A stretch of 62,153 nucleotides of DNA, from assembly GCA_964637135.1 (NCBI GenBank), contig CAZWTX010000004.1:62001-124153 (forward strand), in the 5' to 3' direction. The translations under genes and the position numbers were made by a program. The notes under the pieces are model-generated. The model was not told the origin of the DNA. It did no database searches and was given only the letters and a program-made list of their open reading frames with translations. Shown here piece after piece: positions 39,413-47,981 of the stretch. Source of the stretch: an uncultured Methanospirillum sp. (GTDB taxonomy: Archaea > Halobacteriota > Methanomicrobia > Methanomicrobiales > Methanospirillaceae). Position 1 is the first letter of the stretch, and each line of letters begins with the position of its first letter.

Positions 39413-39882
39413 CCGGGAGTGGCCATTCGGTCTGCATCGGTGAGGATATAGACACCGATCTGGTCATCGCCGGGCGATACCTCAGGACCAAGGACCGGCA
39501 GGTCTGGGCAGAACATGTTTTTGAGGATCTCGACCCCGCCCTGGCACCCCGGCTCAAAGGCGCCGTCCTTGTCGCCGGTAAAAACATGGGTTGCGGTTCT
39601 TCGCGCGAGCAGGCAGTCCAGGCGCTGAAGTATGCAGGAGTACTGGCGATAATAGCGTCTTCATTTGCCCGGATCTTTTACCGGAACTGCATCAATGTCG
39701 GTCTTCCTGCTCTCGAATGTGAACGTTTTGTCTGCAATGACGGAGATACGATCTCTTATGACTGTATGGCAGGAGTGATCACGGTGAATGGCAAATCCTG
39801 TCAGTGCCGCCACCTTTCTCCCCGGATGCAGGAGATCTTAAGTGAAGGCGGGCTTGTGGAATACTGGAGACGGAGACTGTGA
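39406..39882 (+). CDS. aksE: Homoaconitase small subunit
   Basis: DIDTD..IAGRYLRT (YLRT loop typical of homoaconitases), GCGSSRE, SFARIF.RN. Confidence 0.87.
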   Translation: MLTGSGHSVCIGEDIDTDLVIAGRYLRTKDRQVWAEHVFEDLDPALAPRLKGAVLVAGKNMGCGSSREQAVQALKYAGVLAIIASSFARIFYRNCINVGLPALECERFVCNDGDTISYDCMAGVITVNGKSCQCRHLSPRMQEILSEGGLVEYWRRRL

Positions 39883-40679
39883 TGATCTTTCCCCCTCACT
39901 GTAAATGCATCGGGTATGCGGGGAACAAACCCGTTGGTGACAAGGTCTATTTTCTCTCCCGGTATCTCATCCATGAAACTGGCGGGGGGTTTGAGATCCT
40001 TGCGGTAGAACCGGAAGATGGAGACGGAATGATGCGATCGATCAGATCCATCCGTACACTTGCAGGATCTGACGAGATTTGTGTGTATCCTGAACGCGTT
40101 GTGCTCCATAACCGGGCTGATCTGATACGACGGGCAGCAGGAACCGGAAAACGGTGCACGGTCTTTACCGGTATCGAGGAACACATGATCTTTGTCTGTG
40201 ATCCCGATCTCTCTGCCCTGCTCACTGTTCATGTCTATGACGTTATGCCGCCTCGTCCGCACCTGGCGGAGACCGTGAAAACCCTCGAAGCGACCGGGAT
40301 ATTCGGTGAACTCGAGATCGTCTTTGAATATCATATCCGGGACATCAGGGAGACCGGTGCCGAGGTGTATCCGTGTCGGGCGGGGGGTTTTGCGAAAACC
40401 ATTGATTCTGATCATCTTGGAGGCTCCGAACAGGTTGCCGGATGTATGACGGCACGTCAGGTGCTCTCTGAGTGTTACGGGAATGGTTTTCCGGTCATTG
40501 ACATCTGTCCGGCCAACGTGGCAGCGGAAGAACCGTTTCTTGCACGGTGCTGCCGGGCAGAACGGACCGGCTGGCAGACAATAAATGGAAAACAGGGACA
40601 GGTTGTTCACTGGGGTTCATCACCAAAACAGATTACTGACAGTATATATGCCCTTGTTGGACAATGGAGGCAGAAATGA
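39879..40679 (+). CDS. Cys-rich hypothetical protein inside the aks operon
   Basis: MIFP.HCK..G, YFLSRY, PCRA, GC, CP, CCR, VVHWG; 4-nt overlaps on both sides. Confidence 0.85.
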   Translation: MMIFPPHCKCIGYAGNKPVGDKVYFLSRYLIHETGGGFEILAVEPEDGDGMMRSIRSIRTLAGSDEICVYPERVVLHNRADLIRRAAGTGKRCTVFTGIEEHMIFVCDPDLSALLTVHVYDVMPPRPHLAETVKTLEATGIFGELEIVFEYHIRDIRETGAEVYPCRAGGFAKTIDSDHLGGSEQVAGCMTARQVLSECYGNGFPVIDICPANVAAEEPFLARCCRAERTGWQTINGKQGQVVHWGSSPKQITDSIYALVGQWRQK

Positions 40680-41674
40680 ACGGAAAAATGAAGGTAGTCG
40701 TGGCACCCGGTGACGGGATCGGCCAGGAGGTTATTCCTCCTGCACTTGATATCCTCAGGTTTTTCCACCCTGAATGGGAGTACCAGCAGGTCTATCTTGG
40801 GTATGAATGCTGGAAACGAACCGGCAATGCCCTTTCCGATACCACCCTCGGTGTTCTTCGCGATGCTGATCTTATCCTCTTTGGTGCGGTTACCACGCCC
40901 CCGGATCCGAAATACCAGAGCGTGGTCCTCAGGATCAGGAAGGAACTTGATCTCTATGCAAACCTGCGTCCTGTATTCGGGGATGGATTTGATATTCTGA
41001 TCGTCAGGGAGAACACCGAAGGCCTGTACTCTGGGATAGAATGGGAAGAGAAGGACCGGGCATGTACCCTCCGCGTAGTCAGTGAATCCGGTTCACGTCG
41101 TATTGCCCGGTTTGCCAGTTCCTGTGCAAAACGGCGAAGAAGGCATCTTACCATTGGAAATAAAGCCAATGTACTGAAATCTGATGCTTATTTCCTTCAT
41201 ATCTGCCTTGAAGAGGCTGAAAAGATGGGAATCTCTGTGGATCGCAAGTATATCGATGCACTGGTTCTTGACGTACTTCAGCATCCTGCACGGTACGACG
41301 TGATTGTCACGACCAATATCTTCGGCGACATCCTGTCCGACGCCGCAGCATACCTTGAAGGCGGGCTCGGGATGTTGCCAAGTGCGAATATCGGGAAAGA
41401 GCATGCCCTTTTCGAGCCGGTTCACGGGAGTGCCCCTGACATTGCCGGCAAGGGAGCAGCAAATCCGGTGGCTGCTATCAGGTGTGTCTCTCTCCTCCTC
41501 AAGTACGTGGGTGAGCGGGATCGTGCACGCCTGGTCGAGAAAGCGATTCAACAGGCACTGTCAGACGGAATCCGGACCGGGGATCTCGGTGGGACCGCCG
41601 GGACCGCAGAGATGGGGGAGGCTGTTCTTGCCCGGCTCAGGGTCATCGGGGCAGTGGATGCTCTGGACATCTGA
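40676..41674 (+). CDS. aksF: Isohomocitrate (homoisocitrate) dehydrogenase
   Basis: GDGIGQEV, LYANLRP, RENTEG.Y, N.FGDILSD, FEPVHGSAPDIAGK; ATGA overlap. Confidence 0.82.
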   Translation: MNGKMKVVVAPGDGIGQEVIPPALDILRFFHPEWEYQQVYLGYECWKRTGNALSDTTLGVLRDADLILFGAVTTPPDPKYQSVVLRIRKELDLYANLRPVFGDGFDILIVRENTEGLYSGIEWEEKDRACTLRVVSESGSRRIARFASSCAKRRRRHLTIGNKANVLKSDAYFLHICLEEAEKMGISVDRKYIDALVLDVLQHPARYDVIVTTNIFGDILSDAAAYLEGGLGMLPSANIGKEHALFEPVHGSAPDIAGKGAANPVAAIRCVSLLLKYVGERDRARLVEKAIQQALSDGIRTGDLGGTAGTAEMGEAVLARLRVIGAVDALDI

Positions 41675-41795
41675 TTATCAGGTTCAGAGTCCGGCGTGGA
41701 TCACCCGGGGACCCTTTTTCAGGTCCCTTCATATCGGATTGTTTTCAGGGAGATTCTGAATACTGGAAAAAGGGTCTAGATATTGTAAAATAGTA

Positions 41796-43832
41796 TTAAA
41801 TATCAGTTTCGCCACATAACCGGTTCAGTTCGGAAAAAAGGCGTGAAAATTGAGCCACCGTTTCTTCGTCAACCGTGCCGGGAGCTTCGCAGATACGATC
41901 GGCAAGCAACTCGGCTACTTTCCACCGTTCGAATCTCTCTCCCCGTCTCTGTTCGATTACATCCTCGATCCGGGAGAGTATGCCCTGTTCCTGGAACCCG
42001 TCCGAGCTTGGCGGGGTGATCAATCCGGATGCAAGTCCGGATGAGATCTCCGTTACACACGAACGGTAGAGATCACTGCTGATAAGATCCTCGACGGTAG
42101 CCTCGCGAACCGGTGTAAACTGGTTGTACAGGAGTATTGTCCGCTTTATTCCGTCTGCCTGCGTGTGATCGAGCATCTCCCGCGGGATCTCCTTTCCTGA
42201 AAGGAGAACAACTGCCTGGTGCCGGCCGGCCTTGATCAGGGTTGCAAGGGGAATGAGGTTGATGATCCCTCCGGCAGGGGTAAGGGTAATGGCAGGATTT
42301 ATCCCACCTTTTTCCTGCTTTAACAGCACATAGTTCATCGCCTGGAGGATCCAGAGATCTGCGAGATCCTCAACAAGCACCTGCTTTCCGGTGACGAGGA
42401 TTTTCTGGGCGATCCGGTATGCAAGAGCTGCTTCGAGGGGAAAGAGGGAGTCACGGTCTTTCGGCCAATCCCTGACTGACACCTTGGTGGTCCCGTCCTC
42501 GCTCTCAAAGACCGTTCTGACCCGTTCCGGATGATCAAGATCGATCATGAACGGAGAATGGGTAGAATACATGATCTGGTTCTGTTGCGAGAGCTGTTCA
42601 AAAAACTTGACCGAATGGAGTTGTGATGTGGCGTGTAGTTCTATACCGGGTTCGTCAAGGAGCAGGATACAGTCATGGTAGGCATCTCCTGATTCCACAA
42701 GGAAGATGAGATAAAACGAGAAGAAGTACTGGAGTCCGGCACTTCTCTGTTCAAGCTCGATTTCAGAGGGATCGAGGTCATCAGAGACCCATACTCTGAA
42801 ATAATCGCCGTCGATGTCATACCTGAACCGTATCCGCCGCTGTTCCCACCAGTTCTCGAACTTCTTTGTCATCAGGTTGGATGCAGTTGAGAGAAGGATG
42901 GATCGCTCATCAACCTGCCTTCGTATTATCGGGTTGTCATCGGTTGCATTTTTGTGAGAACCAAGTTTATCCAAAAGATCCAGGTCAAGATTCACATGCC
43001 TGAAGAGGCAGTTTGTCGCCCGCAAGCCGGGTGAGTCAGGATGTGACTTGAGGGTGGCGATAAAAGTTGGGATGTGAATCGCACTCTCAATTACGCTGTA
43101 CTGATCGAAATAGAGAAATTTCGGGAGGTGATCGATGATATACCGGTTTGCGGTCATCAGACTTTCGTAAATCTCAATCTGACGATTGAGCCGGTAGAAC
43201 GGTTCGGTTATCGGGCTGAGAATCTCCTGTTGCCAGGGCTCGTTTGCACGGCTTTTAAGGGCATTAATCAAATCGGTGACCTGACGGCGTTGGATCTGCC
43301 CTTCTTCTGGGATGGCTGTCTTCTGTTCTTCGAGGAATATGAGCAGGGTCTCCTTGATCCTCCCGAGTGTTTCTCCCCGTCCCTCTGGTGCGGAGAGATT
43401 CCTGATCTGCTCTACGGCAACCTCAATGGTATGGATGAGCTCCTTACTGGTAATGAGGTCGATCCCGATGTCAGGATGATAGGTGATGCCGTATCTTCCC
43501 GTGTAGTGCCTGGTGACCTCGACAGACTGAACATCCTGGCAGAGTTCAGATATTCCGGCGAGATCCTGTCGCTCCTTATCGTTCAGGACAAACCTGCAGG
43601 AAGCCACAGGCCAGTCGGTCCGGGTGATCTCAGATGCATACCGCTGTCTTGGAAACTCTTTCAATCCATCATATCCTGCCCCGTCAGAGGGATTCATTTT
43701 TGAAAGGGCCCTGAAGATGGCAGATTTTCCAGACTCGTTCTTCCCGACAAAGATCGTAAGTCTGTCAACCGGAACCCAGCCAGTATCTTGGATGATCTTA
43801 TAGTTCTGGACCCGGAACTCGGCAAGGTGCAT
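41796..43832 (-). CDS. OLD-family ABC-type ATPase with degenerate TOPRIM-like C-terminus
   Basis: GKNESGKS Walker A, RSAG, LLLDEP, STHSP; VLVEDLAD at the TOPRIM glutamate position. Confidence 0.8.
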   Translation of the reverse strand: MHLAEFRVQNYKIIQDTGWVPVDRLTIFVGKNESGKSAIFRALSKMNPSDGAGYDGLKEFPRQRYASEITRTDWPVASCRFVLNDKERQDLAGISELCQDVQSVEVTRHYTGRYGITYHPDIGIDLITSKELIHTIEVAVEQIRNLSAPEGRGETLGRIKETLLIFLEEQKTAIPEEGQIQRRQVTDLINALKSRANEPWQQEILSPITEPFYRLNRQIEIYESLMTANRYIIDHLPKFLYFDQYSVIESAIHIPTFIATLKSHPDSPGLRATNCLFRHVNLDLDLLDKLGSHKNATDDNPIIRRQVDERSILLSTASNLMTKKFENWWEQRRIRFRYDIDGDYFRVWVSDDLDPSEIELEQRSAGLQYFFSFYLIFLVESGDAYHDCILLLDEPGIELHATSQLHSVKFFEQLSQQNQIMYSTHSPFMIDLDHPERVRTVFESEDGTTKVSVRDWPKDRDSLFPLEAALAYRIAQKILVTGKQVLVEDLADLWILQAMNYVLLKQEKGGINPAITLTPAGGIINLIPLATLIKAGRHQAVVLLSGKEIPREMLDHTQADGIKRTILLYNQFTPVREATVEDLISSDLYRSCVTEISSGLASGLITPPSSDGFQEQGILSRIEDVIEQRRGERFERWKVAELLADRICEAPGTVDEETVAQFSRLFSELNRLCGETDI

Positions 43833-43897
43833 GATTGATCTGTTATGTTACTGAATAAAAGGGATTCTCTTATGACCGTGACACCCGCCCCATCAGA

Positions 43898-45430
43898 TCA
43901 GGAAATGGGGATCACCGACGCCCCTTCGTTCTGCCCGGTGGTGATTCGGGTATATCCTCCCCCGGCCTCGGAAAGGAAGGAATCTATCGATTCAGCTGCT
44001 TTTCGCTCACCGGTATCGGTAATAAGGAAGAGAGTTGGCCCGAATGAGGACATGCCGGCTGCCCCGAGTCCTCCATCCTGCATGAAACGGAGCGTTTCAC
44101 GGATGGGTTCCGGTTGCAGTGCTATTTCCCTGGCTTTAAATCCGTTCTGCTGGATAGTCCGGAGAGCAGTATCAAATCCGTCGAGATCCTCTTCAATAAC
44201 TGAGGGAATGAGTCCCATAAGGACGGCATGTGCCGTGGCCCTGACTTCTTCGATCGGAACCGGGCAATACCGGGTAAAGATGTCCTTTTCTCTCTCTCCC
44301 GATATCTGGCACCCGGATCGTGGGCAGGCGAGGATAACTTTCCATGACTCCGGGAATGGGTACCGCCCGAGTACCGGAGCCGGCGGAGTGGATACCGAGG
44401 CTGATGAGGGGAGGTAGGTCTCCTTCTGTTTTCCCGGGCCGAATGAATGGCCCCCGTCGACGATAACACCCCCCTGGATGAAGGACTGAAGACCTATTCC
44501 CGAGGTTCCTCCCCTGCCGGTAATTCGTGCAAGGGTGGTCTGGTCTGCCCTGATACCATAGAGTTCCATGACCGCCGAACAAATTGCAAGAGCGGTCTGC
44601 GTCCCACTGCCCAGGCCCTCATGATCAGGGATATAATCATGTACCGTTATGGCTGCCCCGGGAATAACGGGGATATCGGTCTGTATCCGTCTGAATATCC
44701 CTTCTATCTTCTTAGTGAGGGCCGGGCCTGCACCGTTCACTGACCACTCCTCTGCCATGCGTGCCGAGAGGTGCAATCCAGGATCGGCAAGGGTGATTCC
44801 TACCCCTCCATCAATCCGCCCCGTTGTCCCGTTGAGGTCAATCAGGCCGAGATGGAGCCGTGACGGAGTCTTGACATGAACAACCCGCTGGTCAGCATAT
44901 AGTGACGGGGAGAGGTATTCGGTTATATGAAAAAGCGGCTTCTGATTACTGATAATCCGGTAAGATCGGGTTAATAGGGGCAATTTTGGATGAGAACCGA
45001 GTTTCACCGCGATATCGTGCTTATCGTTCTCGGTGCTGATACTGATCAGTTCACGGCGGGATTCAAGGGTGGCATCCCTGAGGATATGCCCGATCGGCCG
45101 GTCTGCCCTCGTCAATTCATCCATGGCGTATCCTGGCATCCGTTCGACCGCCGACCGGGATATTGCGTAGATAAGTGGTTTTTTGGTGATCGACGCCCGG
45201 ATCAGGACCTCCCTGAAGTTCACCGGATCTCCTGGCGAGACGGCGAGAAGGTCAGCATCGGCCACCCCTGCCGGGTGGATCTCCTGGTGATCGGTCAGGA
45301 TCTCAATCGTAGATCGTTCAAAGGCTTCGAGAAGAGCTGTCACCGATCCATCGGTGGTCAGAAGTGCCCGCTGGGCACAGGAAAGATCGCCAATCTTCTC
45401 TTCGAGTGGTTTTAGAAGTCTGTTTTTCAT
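43898..45430 (-). CDS. Fusion of chorismate pyruvate-lyase-like (DUF98/UbiC) domain and beta-RFAP synthase
   Basis: N-term LLTTDGSVT.LLE...PIG.IL...ESRRE...R.Y.I...ITE; C-term PSRLHLGLIDL....GR.DGG.G, H.GLGSGTQ, RGGTSGIG, GMSSFGP. Confidence 0.88.
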   Translation of the reverse strand: MKNRLLKPLEEKIGDLSCAQRALLTTDGSVTALLEAFERSTIEILTDHQEIHPAGVADADLLAVSPGDPVNFREVLIRASITKKPLIYAISRSAVERMPGYAMDELTRADRPIGHILRDATLESRRELISISTENDKHDIAVKLGSHPKLPLLTRSYRIISNQKPLFHITEYLSPSLYADQRVVHVKTPSRLHLGLIDLNGTTGRIDGGVGITLADPGLHLSARMAEEWSVNGAGPALTKKIEGIFRRIQTDIPVIPGAAITVHDYIPDHEGLGSGTQTALAICSAVMELYGIRADQTTLARITGRGGTSGIGLQSFIQGGVIVDGGHSFGPGKQKETYLPSSASVSTPPAPVLGRYPFPESWKVILACPRSGCQISGEREKDIFTRYCPVPIEEVRATAHAVLMGLIPSVIEEDLDGFDTALRTIQQNGFKAREIALQPEPIRETLRFMQDGGLGAAGMSSFGPTLFLITDTGERKAAESIDSFLSEAGGGYTRITTGQNEGASVIPIS

Positions 45431-46530
45431 GGGACCAGGGTATAATCGGTGTATCGTTCCCTGAGCGGGCGGTGAATGTCTGAACAGATGTATTCCATCT
45501 CCCCGGGTTCGAGGTATTCCCCGAAATCAGATCCGGCGCTCCTTGAGATCTGTTCGCAATAGAGCGTGCCCCCGAGATCGTTCGCACCGGAGAGAAGTCC
45601 GAGCTGGGCCATCTTCTGACCGAGTTTTACCCAGGACACCTGGATGTTCCTGAAATTATCCAGGAACAACCGGCTGATTGCGATCATGAGAAGATCCTGT
45701 CTTCCGGTGGCTCCCGGGTAACTTTTCCCCTCCAGGAATAGCGGGGTTTTTGCGTGAACATATGAAAGCGGTACAAACTCGGTGAACATCCCGGTATTGT
45801 CCTGGATTTCCCTGATAATGTCGAGATGGGTTATCCGGTCGGAGAGTGTTTCACAGGATCCGTACATGATGGTTGCGGTGGAAGGGATACCAAGGCGATG
45901 CGCTTCTGTGATGATCCTGATCCATTCTGATGTGGTTACCTTATCCGGACAGATGACCTCCCTGACCGGATCCGAGAGGATCTCTGCCGCGGTTCCACAG
46001 AGGGTCTTCAGGCCTGCGTTCCTGAAGCGTTCGAGGACTTCGGTCGTCGGGATAGCACTTTTTCTTGCAGCATATGCAACCTCCATGGGATTGGAGGCAT
46101 GGATGTGAAGTCCGGGCGCCTCCTCCCTGATGGTGGAGTAGATGGAACAGTATGATTCGGCTGAAAAATCCGGATGAAGCCCGCTCACGGTACAAATCTC
46201 GGTTACCCCCCTGGTTTGTGCCTCCCTTACCCGGAGCCTGATATCGTCCGGAGTGAGGAGGAATGCGTCGGAATCTCCGGTACGGCGTGAATAGCCACAA
46301 AACCCGCATGAATTTACGCAGATATTGGTACAGTTGACATTCTGGTTCCGCACATACGTGACATCCGGACCACAGATGTCTGCACGTTTCTGGTTGGCTG
46401 TATCAAGGATAAGATGGAGATATTCTCCCGATTCCTGGAATAACCGGATGGCTTCGGCTTTCGTTATCCTGTAGCCGCCGAGGATGTCCTCAAGGATGGT
46501 TCGTATAGGAGTTTCGGAGAGAGGGGCCAT
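45427..46530 (-). CDS. cofH: FO synthase subunit 2 (radical SAM)
   Basis: VTYVRNQNVN.TN.CVNSCGFC, GTAAEIL, EFVPL, NIQVSWVKLG, GANDLGGTL..E.IS. Confidence 0.9.
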   Translation of the reverse strand: MAPLSETPIRTILEDILGGYRITKAEAIRLFQESGEYLHLILDTANQKRADICGPDVTYVRNQNVNCTNICVNSCGFCGYSRRTGDSDAFLLTPDDIRLRVREAQTRGVTEICTVSGLHPDFSAESYCSIYSTIREEAPGLHIHASNPMEVAYAARKSAIPTTEVLERFRNAGLKTLCGTAAEILSDPVREVICPDKVTTSEWIRIITEAHRLGIPSTATIMYGSCETLSDRITHLDIIREIQDNTGMFTEFVPLSYVHAKTPLFLEGKSYPGATGRQDLLMIAISRLFLDNFRNIQVSWVKLGQKMAQLGLLSGANDLGGTLYCEQISRSAGSDFGEYLEPGEMEYICSDIHRPLRERYTDYTLVP

Positions 46531-46587
46531 GTTTCACAGGTGCAGGTACCATTTTCCTGGGGAACAAAAAGGGTTCGCATATGATCA

Positions 46588-47451
46588 TCATCTGATCTTC
46601 TGGAACCGGGAAAATGCATCGATAACCTTATTTTTATCTGTGAATTGCATGAGTTCCAGTTGATCCCGCTTAAAATACATATGTGCCGAGACTGAGATTG
46701 TTTCGAGCCATCCCTGGGATATCTCCGGGCTTCCCCGCTTTCTTCCTGAATTGATTCCATCAATAATATATCTCTGAAGATGCGCGAGACCGTAGGCGTT
46801 TTGTCCCCAGGCAGAGAGCATGTCATTGCTCCTGAACAGGCAGACAAGGTTGAGTTTGTTCTCCCGGGTGATGATGCACTGGATGATCTGAAGGCACGGC
46901 GGCTCGTCACGACTGATGTCAAACTCTGGAACCCAGGTAATAGCAATAGCCCTCCGGCTGTTTGGGTTTTCTATGAGTCGATTAATGAGTGACCGCTGGA
47001 TCTGGTCTATGCCACCGGTTCTTCCATCCCCCTTCCAGGAAAGGGTCATTATTCCGGATGCCGGAAGATATCCCAGCTTTCTGAATACCGGGTCGGTGAT
47101 TTTACGGAGAATTCCCGGCTGGCTCTCCATACCCATCTCCTGAACCGGATGGGGATAATCCCTGAGCCGGTTTCCATAGGTATACACGGCATCAGTTCCG
47201 TCTTCCCGTCTTGGGGTGATCGTGTAGAGAGATGCCTGGTACTGTTCTGAGAATCTCTCCCCGAAGAGTGATGCACTCGATCGCATCGGCTCTGAGAACG
47301 GCTCCTCAATATGGATACAGACCGGTTCCTCAGGGTCGTATGTGATCTCCTCATCCTCGGTTACCCGGACATTTCCATTACTCCTTTCAATGATTACCCG
47401 TATGACTTCCTCATGGGCTTCACCGATAGATCGCCGTGTGATGAGAAGCAT
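46588..47451 (-). CDS. thyA: Archaeal thymidylate synthase (ThyA family)
   Basis: YTYGNRLR, DQI, SRRA, PPCLQ, FRSND...A...N, SAH.Y. Confidence 0.8.
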   Translation of the reverse strand: MLLITRRSIGEAHEEVIRVIIERSNGNVRVTEDEEITYDPEEPVCIHIEEPFSEPMRSSASLFGERFSEQYQASLYTITPRREDGTDAVYTYGNRLRDYPHPVQEMGMESQPGILRKITDPVFRKLGYLPASGIMTLSWKGDGRTGGIDQIQRSLINRLIENPNSRRAIAITWVPEFDISRDEPPCLQIIQCIITRENKLNLVCLFRSNDMLSAWGQNAYGLAHLQRYIIDGINSGRKRGSPEISQGWLETISVSAHMYFKRDQLELMQFTDKNKVIDAFSRFQKIR

Positions 47452-47981
47452 GATTCTCTCTTTACTACATCAGAACTTGTCTCACAAAAACCGTTTGGTC
47501 TGATATCCGCAAGATGGCCGGATCCAGAACAGGCATGGTGCAATGGTTATCGTATATCAGAAACCAGCCATGTAGCAGGATTGAAAGGATGTGTGAAACG
47601 GTTTTTCGCCTGCGAGTGCAGGTACCAACCCCGATCGGCAGATCCCGTCCCCGAGATCACGGAAGAAACAGGCGTACCATGCTCCGGGATCAGGGATACC
47701 CGGGATCATGAGGTCGATCGTCCTCTTATCCTCCCAGTCGACCAGGCGGTGTCATCCGGAGGTAAAGCCGGGTGGAGACCGGGTACTCTGTCTGGTATCA
47801 TAGTTCATGAATCATACCTCCCTGGACCAGTATTCATCCAGACCTGTCCTCCTGCGATTGCAGGACTGGTTTGAAACGGAATGGATTGTTTCCCAGTATA
47901 TATTCCTCCTTTCGCAGGTGGATTGGCCTGAACGGTGTGCAGTAGTTTCTCGTTGACGGGCTTGGTGAATATTCTTAACTC

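Noticed and set aside
37063..41674. Leucine operon leuACDB
   Set aside because: The synthase lacks the LeuA regulatory domain, the small subunit has the YLRT homoaconitase loop, and the context is methanogen-specific genes. A phylogeny would settle it.
47311..47874. 187-aa plus-strand ORF between thyA and the kinase
   Set aside because: Overlaps thyA in antisense, shows no recognisable motif and has no clear RBS.
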